Virus record (IMG/VR): IMGVR_UViG_3300047678_000276
Coordinates: 1-64,000 of that record
Reading direction: 5' to 3' (one strand)
DNA: 64,000 nucleotides
DNA from: a virus
Shown: piece by piece, positions 1 to 9,494 of the stretch
Position numbering within the stretch: position 1 is the stretch's first letter
Layout: the number at the start of each line of letters is the position of its first letter
Notes under the pieces: generated by a model
The model's input: the letters and a program-made list of their open reading frames with translations, nothing else
What the model was told of the DNA's origin: nothing
Database searches by the model: none
Program-made: the position numbers and the translations under genes

Positions 1-1105
1 CCATGTGATCTACCACACATTTAACATACTTAGGCATGTCTTCAATAGTTCTTTCTTCAAACCACTTAAGTTCCCTATAAATGTGAGGATAATTTTCCAT
101 ATCGTATATGCCTTTAGCACCTTCAGCGGTATAAGCACAAATGTTACTAGGGCTAAATCTTTCGTCAACTTTATCGAAGACAATTATTTCCCCTACATTA
201 AATCCACTATTAGGATAATCTAAAATAACTTTAAATCTTCGTATTATTAATTCAGTAGTTGTCATTTCAATATTTATTCTTATCTGTTTTTAATATGAAA
301 CCAAGCGTCCTTATACACATACTCAAATTAATTTATTTAAAATTTTATTACTCATACCACTCTATAAAAGGCCCATCCACACCATGGATAATTTTACCCC
401 TGAGCATCCACCCAAAGTTTTCATCCCATCCATATATGTCATTTCCTAATTGCATCATAAGCTCTTATTCACCTTTCTTATTTAAACCCCTTCTCTCCAG
501 GGGGAGAGTTGCTTCTTATAGGGGAGAGTTGTATTTTTTAGATTATACGATTTTTCTTCCAATAAGTTACATAAGATACAAGACCTATTAGGGAGAGTTC
601 TTTGGGGCCGAAGGCCCCCAAATTCACGTTATTAATTAACCCCTCTCTCTGATCTCTCACAAGGGGGAGAGATGTCTATTTCTAGGCAGGGAATTTCTAG
701 GGGAAATTCCTCATTTAATTGTGGTGAATTTTACGTGAATTTTATGTGAATTAATTGGTGGTAAATTGTGGGTAATTAGGGAGGGAAATTATGCCCTAGA
801 ACCATCGAAATTTTAGGTATATTGATGGTTGGAATATAACCAACTGACCCTCAACCTATCCCCTCAGATATGTTAACTACTTGTTAATAACTTTGTTGAG
901 TGAATTTAGGTGGGTTTTGGGTGGTATAAAAAAGGAGGCCTGTTCTCTCCACATTTTACCACTATTTACCACTCCAAATTCTCGACCATCGAAATTTCGG
1001 AAATTTTGTTGGTTGGCATGATTTTTGATGACCGCTGCGGATTTTTAAAAATTCGACACCAACGAAAAAACCATAATTTCATTGGTTGCGTGGAACGTCA
1101 AAAAA

Positions 1106-1121
1106 GGTTCTCCGTGGAACA
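1106..1121. promoter_or_regulatory. parS-like site
   Basis: GGTTCTCCGTGGAACA, close to the parS palindrome TGTTCCACGTGGAACA; second copy at 1599. Confidence 0.4.
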
Positions 1122-1368
1122 TAAAAAATAACATCTTAAGGATAAAGAGAATAAGGAAAATTAAGGCAAAGAATTGCCAGCAAATTCATGGTGAATTTGT
1201 CACTTAATTTAAGGCAATAAATTGCCAGGCCCAAGAGTGGGATTTTTGATCTATATGACCTTGTCTAAATGGCCATACTTGTTATACGTATACTGAGAGA
1301 AAAGTTTACATAATCTTGAAAATTTAACAAATAACTTTTTAAGTTTTCGATTAGTGCTTATATGAGTA

Positions 1369-1397
1369 TTATACGCATGAGATCCTAAAAAGTTACA
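1369..1397 (-). promoter_or_regulatory. class II (ECF-like) promoter motif
   Basis: TGTAAC-N16-CGTATAA. Confidence 0.6.
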
Positions 1398-1432
1398 CGG
1401 CGGAACTTAAAAAATTTTTATTTATTTTTCTT

Positions 1433-1577
1433 TTAAGTTCCTCAAGAATTCTTTCTATTGGTTGGCACTTAAAAATAATAACTCAGATCTTGGGCCAACA
1501 TATAGAAAGTTATTAACAAGAACTTAATAACTTTTTTTCTTTTTTAAGTTTGGCGGAAAAAGTTTCTATAGGTTAGC
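1433..1577. repeat. cluster of variant (gene-less) class I motifs
   Basis: TTAAGTT-N14-TCTAT-WKGTTR-GC at 1433-1466(+), 1494-1527(-), 1544-1577(+). Confidence 0.75.
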
Positions 1578-1598
1578 TAATGAAGGAGTTACAAAATA

Positions 1599-1614
1599 TG
1601 TTCTCCGTGGAACA
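1599..1614. promoter_or_regulatory. parS-like site
   Basis: TGTTCTCCGTGGAACA, 14/16 match to TGTTCCACGTGGAACA. Confidence 0.45.
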
Positions 1615-1621
1615 TATGAAA

Positions 1622-2203
1622 TTATAGATATTTGTTATATCTATTCTCGATTTCATATTCACACTTAGAGATTAGTTTTGTTAGGATTTCTATATTTCCA
1701 GGATCTGTTTCTTTTTTAATTTTGTTTTGCAGCTTCTGGATAGAGAAGTGTACTGAGCATCCTTTTAGTCTATTGTCTTCATTGAACATTGGGAACATAT
1801 TTAAATAATGATAACACAATTTTAAATCTTCTTCATTATTTAAATCAAAAACTTCAACGGGTATTATATGATCTATTCCCCAGATGACACCAAAATTTTC
1901 ACTTAACATGTCTGGTAATATTTGGGCATCTAAATAATTTTTAAAGCCACCTTTGTCAATAGACAAATATTTAGATATTTCTTTTGATGGGCTGTCAGAA
2001 ATATAGAATCTCCTAATGGATATCTGGTATTTCTTCTTTGTTCTGTAGTTGTTTTCTTTTTCTATAATATATTTTGTGTGCATAGACACAAAAATAAATA
2101 GTATGAAATTTTTGCCGCTCGCCGACGAGCTAAAAAAAGGTCCCCGTTTCCAGGAACCTTTTCGGACATTATATCGGATATGTCCGATATCAATATTTGC
2201 CAT
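1622..2203 (-). CDS. HNH-type endonuclease-like protein (start may be 2083)
   Basis: W-x-IDHIIPV...FDL...C-x-HYxN...N-x-x-KG motif. Confidence 0.7.
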   Translation of the reverse strand: MANIDIGHIRYNVRKGSWKRGPFFSSSASGKNFILFIFVSMHTKYIIEKENNYRTKKKYQISIRRFYISDSPSKEISKYLSIDKGGFKNYLDAQILPDMLSENFGVIWGIDHIIPVEVFDLNNEEDLKLCYHYLNMFPMFNEDNRLKGCSVHFSIQKLQNKIKKETDPGNIEILTKLISKCEYEIENRYNKYL

Positions 2204-2444
2204 TGAACTTATCCAAGAATAAGTTTTGATCCTTAGTTAAGGAGTCTCTTAAGCCTACCCAGTCGATTCTATCGCAGTAGGCTTTTAAGTATGCTCTTAA
2301 GTCAGCTACATTATCTATGTAGGTCTTAACAACGAAATCAGAGTCATTAGAATTTGAATCGATATCTTTCTTTATATAGCCTAAGGCTAAGTTGGTTTTA
2401 ATGATCTTGAAATATACATCTCTATTTATTTTTCCGAATAACAT
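2190..2444 (-). CDS. hypothetical protein
   Basis: ORF co-oriented with the gene block. Confidence 0.6.
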   Translation of the reverse strand: MLFGKINRDVYFKIIKTNLALGYIKKDIDSNSNDSDFVVKTYIDNVADLRAYLKAYCDRIDWVGLRDSLTKDQNLFLDKFNGKY

Positions 2445-2493
2445 AGCGTTACCCTCCTTTCTTTTCTTTAATAGAATGGAAAGGTTGGAAAAC

Positions 2494-2772
2494 TTAAAAA
2501 GTATATTTTTCTTTTTTACCTCGAATAATAAATTGTTCTCCTTCTACTCTATTTTTAAGGTAGATTGATTTGCTTAAGGCCCAGTTTCCGCTTAGATCGG
2601 AGTTTGCCAGGAAATACCATAGACCAGTTCTATTGCCGTGGTCATCCCATTGGTTGGGTTTTGATTTAGAATTCGATTTCTTCACCTTCTTTAATTTGGT
2701 CTTTAAATATAACGAATAAACTTGGTTCGGTTTCTGAGGAGACGTAAGCTTTAAATAATCCTTGCCAGACAT
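2494..2772 (-). CDS. small protein, MORN-variant-like, C-terminal EGE motif (true start probably downstream)
   Basis: GNRTGLWYF...VEGEQFII. Confidence 0.55.
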   Translation of the reverse strand: MSGKDYLKLTSPQKPNQVYSLYLKTKLKKVKKSNSKSKPNQWDDHGNRTGLWYFLANSDLSGNWALSKSIYLKNRVEGEQFIIRGKKEKYTF

Positions 2773-3130
2773 TATTTATTAACTGGACTTCGAATAGGAG
2801 TTTAGATTCTGAGTTCTCATCATAGATAAAAGCTCTCTTGAGTCCTGTGACTTGTCCTTTGGAGTTTACTGTAAAGAGTTGAGCTATGTATGATTTGGTT
2901 TTATCTATACAGGAATTATGTTTAAAGCGGACCTGATATTGATCTGGGAATTCAGTATTGGTTGTAACCCAAATTTTCGGTTCAGGAATTCCTTCGGCGT
3001 GTTTAAATAGTTCTATATGGGATCCGTTTGGAAAGAAGTATAATGCCATTGAGTTATTTATAAAAAACCAAAAGCCCCTGTCTTTGAAATTGGGGCCTCT
3101 GGTTTCATAGTTTTTAAAATCAGGCCACAC
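2666..3130 (-). CDS. hypothetical protein, MORN-variant-like, C-terminal EGE motif
   Basis: WQGLFKAY...KEGEEIEF; class II-like motif upstream at 3170-3198. Confidence 0.6.
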   Translation of the reverse strand: MWPDFKNYETRGPNFKDRGFWFFINNSMALYFFPNGSHIELFKHAEGIPEPKIWVTTNTEFPDQYQVRFKHNSCIDKTKSYIAQLFTVNSKGQVTGLKRAFIYDENSESKLLFEVQLINNVWQGLFKAYVSSETEPSLFVIFKDQIKEGEEIEF

Positions 3131-3218
3131 TAAAACGCAAATTTCAAAATAAGACCTGATTCTATATGATTATACGTTTATAATTTCAAAAAGTTATAAG
3201 AAGTTATCAAGAGTATGT

Positions 3219-3380
3219 TTATAACTCTATTTCCAAAGATTCTCCGATTGGAGTACGCCATTCGGCCATTGTCAGTGGGTTGTCTTTATTAAGTATTTCT
3301 ATTTCTAATAAAAGGATACATCTTAGTTCGGCGCATATATTCTTGGTATCTGATAATTCTATGGTTGGTTTATTTAGCAT
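3219..3380 (-). CDS. 53-aa protein with C-terminal GE motif (not in ORF track)
   Basis: Hand translation MLNKPTIE...PIGESLEIEL*. Confidence 0.55.
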   Translation of the reverse strand: MLNKPTIELSDTKNICAELRCILLLEIEILNKDNPLTMAEWRTPIGESLEIEL

Positions 3381-3537
3381 AAGCTATATCGATTGATTCC
3401 CCGTTTTTTTGGAAGTTTGTGCAAGGTCCTGTTATTGTGATCTTGCGGATTTTAAATATTACATTGGTATGTTCGCCGTAGATATTTTTGGTTCCTTTAA
3501 ATATTGGACCTTTAGGAGATAGGGGTTTGTTTTTCAT
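3370..3537 (-). CDS. 55-aa protein with C-terminal GE motif (not in ORF track)
   Basis: Hand translation MKNKPLSPKG...KNGESIDIAYAK*. Confidence 0.55.
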   Translation of the reverse strand: MKNKPLSPKGPIFKGTKNIYGEHTNVIFKIRKITITGPCTNFQKNGESIDIAYAK

Positions 3538-3729
3538 TTAAAAAAATATTTCTAATTCTTCGCCTTCTTGGTGTGTATTTCTTATCGATGGGTGTTGGAA
3601 AGAATAAATTTGTTCGCCGACCAATTTATCTCCTACATGAGGATAATGGAGATTTGTCTGGACCACTCTTAGATCGCCTATTACTTTTGGCCAACCTGGT
3701 TTTAATACTGGTATTGTATATTCGCTCAT
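3538..3729 (-). CDS. small protein, C-terminal EGE motif
   Basis: ends QEGEELEIFF; coupled to neighbours. Confidence 0.65.
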   Translation of the reverse strand: MSEYTIPVLKPGWPKVIGDLRVVQTNLHYPHVGDKLVGEQIYSFQHPSIRNTHQEGEELEIFF

Positions 3730-3935
3730 ATCATTACTTCTAAATGTTCACCTTCGAAGAAGGATCCGCTGATCATTAAACCTTTTGATGATGGTGTTCT
3801 TAAAAGAAGAAATTCATAACCAACGATGGCCCATGAATCAAATCCTGTGTTGGATTCGTGGATATTGTTTTTATATGTTGACAGTTCTCCATTTCTTTTT
3901 GGATACCCTGAAGCTAATCTATAATTTAATCCCAT
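3726..3935 (-). CDS. small protein, C-terminal EGE motif
   Basis: ends FEGEHLEVMI; ATGA overlap. Confidence 0.65.
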   Translation of the reverse strand: MGLNYRLASGYPKRNGELSTYKNNIHESNTGFDSWAIVGYEFLLLRTPSSKGLMISGSFFEGEHLEVMI

Positions 3936-4192
3936 ATTAATACAACTTGTTCTCCTTCTCTGTCATTATCTTTTACGCCGTGGACATTTAGTAACAACCA
4001 GCAATAACAATCTGTAACGTCCCATGTTTCTTCTCTGACCTGGTAAATTGATTTGGAGTCCCTGTAGTTTATGGTTCGTTGATCTATAGAAGCAACATGC
4101 CATACTTCAGGTTGATATTTTGACCAGCTTACATTACATGGGCGATTTGCATCCAGGCCGATTAGGATTAGATATGGGTGTTTCTTTTTCAT
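3926..4192 (-). CDS. small protein, C-terminal EGE motif
   Basis: ends REGEQVVLIWD. Confidence 0.65.
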   Translation of the reverse strand: MKKKHPYLILIGLDANRPCNVSWSKYQPEVWHVASIDQRTINYRDSKSIYQVREETWDVTDCYCWLLLNVHGVKDNDREGEQVVLIWD

Positions 4193-4202
4193 TGAGGGTT
4201 AT

Positions 4203-4232
4203 AAAAAAAGCTGCAGGTTTAAATTGCAGCTT
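4203..4232 (-). terminator. intrinsic terminator
   Basis: AAGCTGCA/TGCAGCTT hairpin followed by T-run on the minus strand. Confidence 0.7.
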
Positions 4233-4332
4233 CTTGTTTTGTTAAACAAACCATAGGAAGAGGAGTTAAAAAAAATATGACTGAACACAATAAAATCTCC
4301 TCTCCTCTACAGTGCGGTTCTCTTTAGAAGAA

Positions 4333-4701
4333 TTAGTCTCTAACTTTTTCTAAAGCTTTAGTGAAGGGGTTGTATTGACGTTGAACAGTACGTAAGTAAT
4401 AACCTTCTTCTAAAGTGATTGGTCCGTGTTCTTCGTGTAGAATAACAGCTTTACCTTTAACTTCGAAAAAGATATTCTCTCTGTCTGTTAGGTCTTTAAT
4501 TTCTGCTGAATCATAACCAGCAACCTGGTGATGTTCGATGATCATAGAATCATCCATTGCAATTACTTCATGGCTATGTCCTGTAACTTCTCCAAGTCCA
4601 AGAGTTAATCTTTTTAACTCTGCTGTTTGCATTCCTGCAACTTGGTCTTTGGATACTCTGAAAATTGTCATGTCTCCGTGGCGTGCGATAATGTTTGTCA
4701 T
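4333..4701 (-). CDS. conserved phage protein (HGD...GEVTGHSH...HEEH...QYNP family)
   Basis: His-rich motifs; paralog at 40739-40999; TATATTTG host-type element upstream (4737-4744). Confidence 0.8.
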   Translation of the reverse strand: MTNIIARHGDMTIFRVSKDQVAGMQTAELKRLTLGLGEVTGHSHEVIAMDDSMIIEHHQVAGYDSAEIKDLTDRENIFFEVKGKAVILHEEHGPITLEEGYYLRTVQRQYNPFTKALEKVRD

Positions 4702-4772
4702 TTTATTTATTGTTTTAAGTTAATTATTGTTGTTTACAAATATAGTGAATTAATTTTATAAAGGCAAATAAA

Positions 4773-5501
4773 TTATGCTTCAGATTGAAGTTTCATATAT
4801 TCTTCTTTAGTTAAGCAATCACCATTGTCTTTAACCATTGTCCAGGCAACTGCACCGATTGCATCTTTACATTGTGGTTCAGTACCATCAACGAAGATGA
4901 AATAGTTCTGGTGAGTAGAAGGACATTGTACCTGAAGAACGAATACATCATTCTCTAATCCAGAGTTCTCGCCGAAATTCTTTTTGTCAATCTTGTGAAG
5001 AATATATTTATCTTCATAAGTTACATCTTTGATCTCGAATAATTCTGAACTTACAGAGGGAGACTTCTCAGTTTTCGCTGAACCAAAGTTCAGGGTATTT
5101 GCGTCTTTAAGGAAAGTTCTTTTTTGAGTTTTGATTATTGTCTGAGTATCAAACACTTCAGACTTCAGGGCTTTAAAAGTTTGTTCAGGGCCCATGATTG
5201 ACATTACTGTCATTAATTGTTGTGCGTTTGAGGAGTATTTTTTAAACGCCTCCTTAGGTTCGATTGCTGGAACTGTGTCCCATAATTTGCGAATTTCTTC
5301 TACAGGTGTAGAGTATTCTGTTTGCAAGGCTAGAGTTTGTTCTACGTGTTTTTCAACGCCGCCGAAATCTGGTTGATGTTTACGAATGGCAACATATTCT
5401 TCGATTGTATCGAATTTAACGCCACGTACATAATAAGACTTCTTAATTGATTTTGGCTTCTGTGCTTCGGTTGCCTCAGGGGCTTTTTCTTTATCGCTCA
5501 T
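4773..5501 (-). CDS. DUF6745-like protein
   Basis: V-x-CPST...YFIFV...AIGAVAWT; paralog at 38878-39555. Confidence 0.65.
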   Translation of the reverse strand: MSDKEKAPEATEAQKPKSIKKSYYVRGVKFDTIEEYVAIRKHQPDFGGVEKHVEQTLALQTEYSTPVEEIRKLWDTVPAIEPKEAFKKYSSNAQQLMTVMSIMGPEQTFKALKSEVFDTQTIIKTQKRTFLKDANTLNFGSAKTEKSPSVSSELFEIKDVTYEDKYILHKIDKKNFGENSGLENDVFVLQVQCPSTHQNYFIFVDGTEPQCKDAIGAVAWTMVKDNGDCLTKEEYMKLQSEA

Positions 5502-5536
5502 ATTATTTTTTTGTTGTTATTGTATTTTGTGATGAA

Positions 5537-5565
5537 TTATACGAATTAGATTTAAAAAAGTTACA
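5537..5565 (-). promoter_or_regulatory. class II (ECF-like) promoter
   Basis: TGTAAC-N16-CGTATAA upstream of 5501. Confidence 0.75.
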
Positions 5566-5566
5566 A

Positions 5567-5761
5567 TCAGTATCTATTTTTTTTTGAGGCCTGGCTAATT
5601 TTAAACTGTTGTTCTTTCTCAGCATGGAATAACCATTGAGCCACAGCCATCTGATCCTGTGGGGAGAGCTGCATAATTGATTCAGCTGCCTGGTTTGTTA
5701 ATTGAGAATTATTGCTCAAAGAGATCATTCTCATTAATATGACTTGTTTATTTATGGCCAT
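5567..5761 (-). CDS. hypothetical protein
   Basis: tightly packed ORF. Confidence 0.65.
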   Translation of the reverse strand: MAINKQVILMRMISLSNNSQLTNQAAESIMQLSPQDQMAVAQWLFHAEKEQQFKISQASKKNRY

Positions 5762-5765
5762 GATC

Positions 5766-5948
5766 TTAATCGTTATCTTTTAATTCGAAGATGGCTCCTT
5801 CACACAATTCTGATAAGGCTATCCAGAATGCTAGACTACGTTCTTTATTACCTGTCAGGATCCTAACTTCGTTTCCTGCGTCTCTTTCTACAAGCAGATC
5901 TAATCCTCCTGCAGAATTTTCCACTGATGTGGGTTGTTTTTTTGCCAT
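5766..5948 (-). CDS. hypothetical protein
   Basis: tightly packed ORF. Confidence 0.65.
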   Translation of the reverse strand: MAKKQPTSVENSAGGLDLLVERDAGNEVRILTGNKERSLAFWIALSELCEGAIFELKDND

Positions 5949-5956
5949 GGTATTTA

Positions 5957-6232
5957 TTATTTAATTTCTTTTTTCAAACAGATCAATACATCACCTACAA
6001 CATAGTCATCAGATGCAATAGCTTTTAATTCTGAAAGAACACTTGTTGCCTCATCATTATTAGGGAGACCCATTAGTTTTCCTTCTTCGTTCATCACCAT
6101 GATCTCACCATCCATGTGACGAAACTCGATGTATCCGCCGACAAAGGATTGTAATTCTTGTAATGTAAAGAACTTTCCGTTTCCTGGAAGGACCTCACTG
6201 GTCTGTCCGTTTGCTTTAATTAGTTGAGCCAT
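5957..6232 (-). CDS. DUF3846-family protein
   Basis: L-x-ELQ-x-x-VGGYIE...NEEGKL-x-GLP-x-N-x-x-AT...VGDV. Confidence 0.8.
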   Translation of the reverse strand: MAQLIKANGQTSEVLPGNGKFFTLQELQSFVGGYIEFRHMDGEIMVMNEEGKLMGLPNNDEATSVLSELKAIASDDYVVGDVLICLKKEIK

Positions 6233-6236
6233 GATT

Positions 6237-6485
6237 TTATCCGAAATTTAATTTGATTGCTGATTTAATTTGTGCAGGAGTTAAACCAGATTGTTTTAAT
6301 CTGTTCAACCATCTAGTTTGTGCTTGCTTTTGTGTTAACTCGCCGTCGCACATATAGTTCTCTGGCGCCTCACCTGGTTCAGTAATAATATATTCCTGAT
6401 CTTCAGTTAAATTTGTTAAACCTGCCTTGGCTAATTTCTCAGCCATTTCTTTTTTATATTCTGCGAACCAATCTTTATCTGCCAT
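6237..6485 (-). CDS. hypothetical protein
   Basis: ORF with class II promoter at 6497-6525. Confidence 0.75.
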   Translation of the reverse strand: MADKDWFAEYKKEMAEKLAKAGLTNLTEDQEYIITEPGEAPENYMCDGELTQKQAQTRWLNRLKQSGLTPAQIKSAIKLNFG

Positions 6486-6509
6486 GTTGTTTGTTATTAT
6501 ACGTTTAAA

Positions 6510-6875
6510 TTAAGGAGAAGTTACAAAAGAAACCACTTGATTATATTCTCTTATGCCTCCTTCACTTTCTCCATCCAGGTGTTTATAGATTATCAAATAA
6601 GTTTTGCCGACATTCTTTTTAACAGTTTTATTTATTCCGCCGATGACCTGGTCTGTTGCTTCTTCATCCCAGAATTCTTTTTCGAATTCTTTTGTGATGT
6701 TCTGGTTAATAAGCGTTACAAGACTCAAGGTGTCCCCTAGTTTGTTTTTGAATGTCATGTCGCTACCTGCAAGATCCCATTCAACTGCACCTATGTAAGT
6801 GCATGTGCAGGTGTAACTCTGAGATAAGACATTGAGACTTATCAGGGAGAGTATTATAGAGAGGAGTTTTTTCAT
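6510..6875 (-). CDS. secreted/periplasmic hypothetical protein
   Basis: N-terminal signal peptide MKKLLSIILSLISLNVLSQ. Confidence 0.7.
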   Translation of the reverse strand: MKKLLSIILSLISLNVLSQSYTCTCTYIGAVEWDLAGSDMTFKNKLGDTLSLVTLINQNITKEFEKEFWDEEATDQVIGGINKTVKKNVGKTYLIIYKHLDGESEGGIREYNQVVSFVTSP

Positions 6876-6876
6876 T

Positions 6877-7260
6877 TTATATTCCTCTTAGTGCTTGTTC
6901 AACTGTGCATCCATATTCTTTATCTGTTTGGATATCTTTTATCTTAACAGCATACTTTGGTTTATTGATATTAAATCCAATAACTTCATAAACCTTTCCG
7001 TTGATGGTTGTTGTGGACCCAACGATATCTTCTGGCAATCCAAGCAACTTTGCATGCATTGCATTCTTTTCTTTAACCAAAGGGTTGTCCTCGCTTGTTG
7101 ATAGGACAATTCTTAGCTTACCTGTAGCTTCTAGATCTGAGTAGGTGATACCTTCAAGCTTCATTGACTCAAGACCTAAATCTTTGGCCACAGATACTAA
7201 TGCTTCATTTACTTTTTGGCGCATGAGGCGCAGGAATTCTTTATCGTCTAATTTGTTCAT
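6877..7260 (-). CDS. hypothetical protein (start moved downstream of class I promoter)
   Basis: class I motif at about 7282-7307 followed by AAACAAAC leader and ATG. Confidence 0.75.
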   Translation of the reverse strand: MNKLDDKEFLRLMRQKVNEALVSVAKDLGLESMKLEGITYSDLEATGKLRIVLSTSEDNPLVKEKNAMHAKLLGLPEDIVGSTTTINGKVYEVIGFNINKPKYAVKIKDIQTDKEYGCTVEQALRGI

Positions 7261-7346
7261 GTTTGTTTGTTTTATATTAGAATAGAAAATAATTAGGGAG
7301 AACTTAAAAAAAAGAGGGAGAATTTTCATCCCCCTCTTTTATATCT

Positions 7347-8297
7347 TTAAAGAGCCAATAACATTTCAGTTGCCTTGCTTGCAATCTTTGTGCTCTCACC
7401 TTCAATCAAGTTAACGAACTTTGAAGTTTGGCTTCTGTAGTTCTTCTCATGATCTAAGTAGTGAGTGATACCATTAATAACACCCCAAGCAGTTCCAAGA
7501 ATGTTTTCTTGACCAACACCTTCGCCATAAGAGCGCATAACAGCCTCATGGATGTTCTTCATGCGAGTACTATCTTCTTTCTCACTTTTAAATAACTCCT
7601 CAACCAGAGCCTTTACTTGTGTATCAGTAACCACTTTCTTTGCAAGCACATTGAAGCATTGATTTAATTCTTCAGTGTATTTGTGAGCAATCCCAAGAAC
7701 ATTGTGAGCTTCTTCAAGCTTCACCATAACGCTTGAACTGTGGCGTACAGCAACTTTGCTGATGGTATCTTTCAATGCCATGTTTAAAGTATTATTGCAT
7801 ACAACTCTCACAGGAGTAACAGCTGCAATAATTGATCCGCTTCCATCGTGTGATGAAGTAAGAAGTACATATACTTCTGTCAAGTCATCTGTCCCTGCGA
7901 TGCGAATCATGTCAGGCATTTTTGCTGTGATAAAGATACGTTCACCTTTACCTAGAACTCCTGCAGTTTCATACATTGCGTAGTCTGCACCTACGATTGA
8001 ATCAAAGAAACCGAATGCTTCTTTATTCTGAACGATTGTATAACCTTTACCCAAACGTCCGCCTAATATGTCCCCTGTATCAGTTCTATGAACCGAGAAC
8101 GAACCAGGTGATTCAACAAACTTTCCGTCTATTAAGGCGTAGTTTGGAACTTTGGCCACCTCATAATCGAGGTTTGCGAGTTTGATAGCTTCTTCAGCTG
8201 TCATTGCGCCGTTGACGATCTGACCTAGACCGTGCCATGCTTTTTGAGTGCTTGCGAATGAAGCGACTCCTTTTCTGATTTCGATGTTGTGTGCCAT
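7347..8297 (-). CDS. DUF932-family phage/plasmid protein
   Basis: AWHGLG, ETAGVL, SHDGSGS, PVRVVCNNTL motifs. Confidence 0.9.
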   Translation of the reverse strand: MAHNIEIRKGVASFASTQKAWHGLGQIVNGAMTAEEAIKLANLDYEVAKVPNYALIDGKFVESPGSFSVHRTDTGDILGGRLGKGYTIVQNKEAFGFFDSIVGADYAMYETAGVLGKGERIFITAKMPDMIRIAGTDDLTEVYVLLTSSHDGSGSIIAAVTPVRVVCNNTLNMALKDTISKVAVRHSSSVMVKLEEAHNVLGIAHKYTEELNQCFNVLAKKVVTDTQVKALVEELFKSEKEDSTRMKNIHEAVMRSYGEGVGQENILGTAWGVINGITHYLDHEKNYRSQTSKFVNLIEGESTKIASKATEMLLAL

Positions 8298-8383
8298 TTT
8301 CTCTTTTTTTATTTGGTTTATATTATGATAGAATTAAAACTCTTGGAAACTTAAAAACTTTTTTTGGAGTTTTATTGCAATAA

Positions 8384-8412
8384 TTATACGGATGAGGAAC
8401 AGAAAAGTTACA
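8384..8412 (-). promoter_or_regulatory. class II (ECF-like) promoter
   Basis: TGTAAC-N16-CGTATAA, in tandem with a class I motif upstream of DUF932. Confidence 0.75.
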
Positions 8413-8446
8413 GCTTCGCTCGGATAAATCCACAACAATAAACTTT

Positions 8447-8480
8447 TTAAGTTTTGATCAGGATGTTTCTATTGGTTGGC
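8447..8480 (+). repeat. inverted variant class I motif
   Basis: TTAAGTT-N14-TCTAT-TGGTTG-GC facing a terminator hairpin at about 8501-8534. Confidence 0.75.
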
Positions 8481-8535
8481 GCTATAGGAAAAATACGGCA
8501 AAAAAAAGAGGAGACTATTTCTAATCTCCTCTTTG

Positions 8536-8609
8536 TGGACCAGCCTGGGCTCGAACCAGGGACCCTCAGATTATGAGTCTGATGCTCTAACCAACTGAGC
8601 TACAAGTCC
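8536..8609 (-). tRNA. tRNA with CAT anticodon (Ile2 or elongator Met)
   Basis: cloverleaf GGACTTG...TCAGA-CTCATAA-TCTGA...GGTTCGAG...CTGGTCCA. Confidence 0.88.
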
Positions 8610-8745
8610 GATTGAAGGCCTGGACTTTACAAAAATAAGCGGAGTGTTTCATCACTACTCGTATCGTTGTACCTTCTGATTAACTTTATTTTTCTGATGC
8701 TAGGTGCAGCTTATTCACCTCTTGACCAGCGATATGGCTGATCTG

Positions 8746-8819
8746 TAGTCCCGATGCGATTCGAACGCATGGCCGCAGGTTTAGAAAACCTGTGCTCTAT
8801 CCAGCTGAGCTACGGAACC
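8746..8819 (-). tRNA. tRNA-Arg(TCT)
   Basis: CAGGT-TTTCTAA-ACCTG anticodon arm; D-loop CTGGATA; TTCGAAT T-loop. Confidence 0.9.
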
Positions 8820-8844
8820 ATATGATAAATATACGAAAAGTTTT

Positions 8845-9198
8845 TTAGATCAAACCACCGTCAAGTAATTTCTTTTCGAGTTTTTTAATTTGTTTTTCTC
8901 TGTTGGAGATATCTCTTTTAAATTTGTCATACTCCTCTTCTTCCATACCATCATGAAGCTCTGATTCAATGAGATAAATTTCTCTCTTGCCTTCTGCGAT
9001 TGTATTTAAAATCATTTCTCTCTCTGTGGCAACCGATTCTTTTTTGGTATCATATAAACCAGCAAGATATTTTTTGGCCTCGTCGATCATATCATGACTC
9101 CAAACCATATTATCGCTAACAATAACCTCTGCATCTATTGGCCACAAGCCAACTGATGGATCTCCAGGAGAATGTATAAAGAATGTAATTTTTGCCAT
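8845..9198 (-). CDS. hypothetical protein
   Basis: ORF, GDPSVG motif, coupled to upstream gene. Confidence 0.7.
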   Translation of the reverse strand: MAKITFFIHSPGDPSVGLWPIDAEVIVSDNMVWSHDMIDEAKKYLAGLYDTKKESVATEREMILNTIAEGKREIYLIESELHDGMEEEEYDKFKRDISNREKQIKKLEKKLLDGGLI

Positions 9199-9494
9199 TA
9201 TTTTATTTCGTCAAAGTAAAATGTTAAAACACGATTTTTTCCTGTTATTAAATTAGCGTATGTATCACCCATTTCAAATATAGCCCCTTTATTAATTAAA
9301 GTCTTTGCTCGTTTAAGTCGCTTAATAATAAGTGCATCATTAACCTCCGAGCGTTGTGCTGTGCTATATGATGATGTAACATATTCGCCACCGCATCCAC
9401 ATCTACAACCTTCTTTACCGCTATATACAGTTGAAATGTCTTTGATTGAAGCTTTTAAGAAATCTTCTTTTGATTTGATATTTGACGTTTTCAT
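9198..9494 (-). CDS. hypothetical protein (GCRCGCGG motif)
   Basis: ORF with both class I and class II (9540-9568) motifs upstream. Confidence 0.75.
   Translation of the reverse strand: MKTSNIKSKEDFLKASIKDISTVYSGKEGCRCGCGGEYVTSSYSTAQRSEVNDALIIKRLKRAKTLINKGAIFEMGDTYANLITGKNRVLTFYFDEIK

Noticed and set aside
5-1131. + strand ORFs 5-223, 259-591 and 910-1131
   Set aside because: Low-complexity, repeat-rich sequence, non-ATG starts, no recognisable motifs.
8610-8745. Ribozyme or ncRNA between the two tRNAs
   Set aside because: Partial GATGAAAC resemblance only; the hammerhead core and stems could not be assembled by eye.
8746-8819. Amber suppressor tRNA (CTA) and stop-codon recoding
   Set aside because: The 7-nt loop TTTCTAA centres on TCT (Arg); genes translate intact with the standard code.
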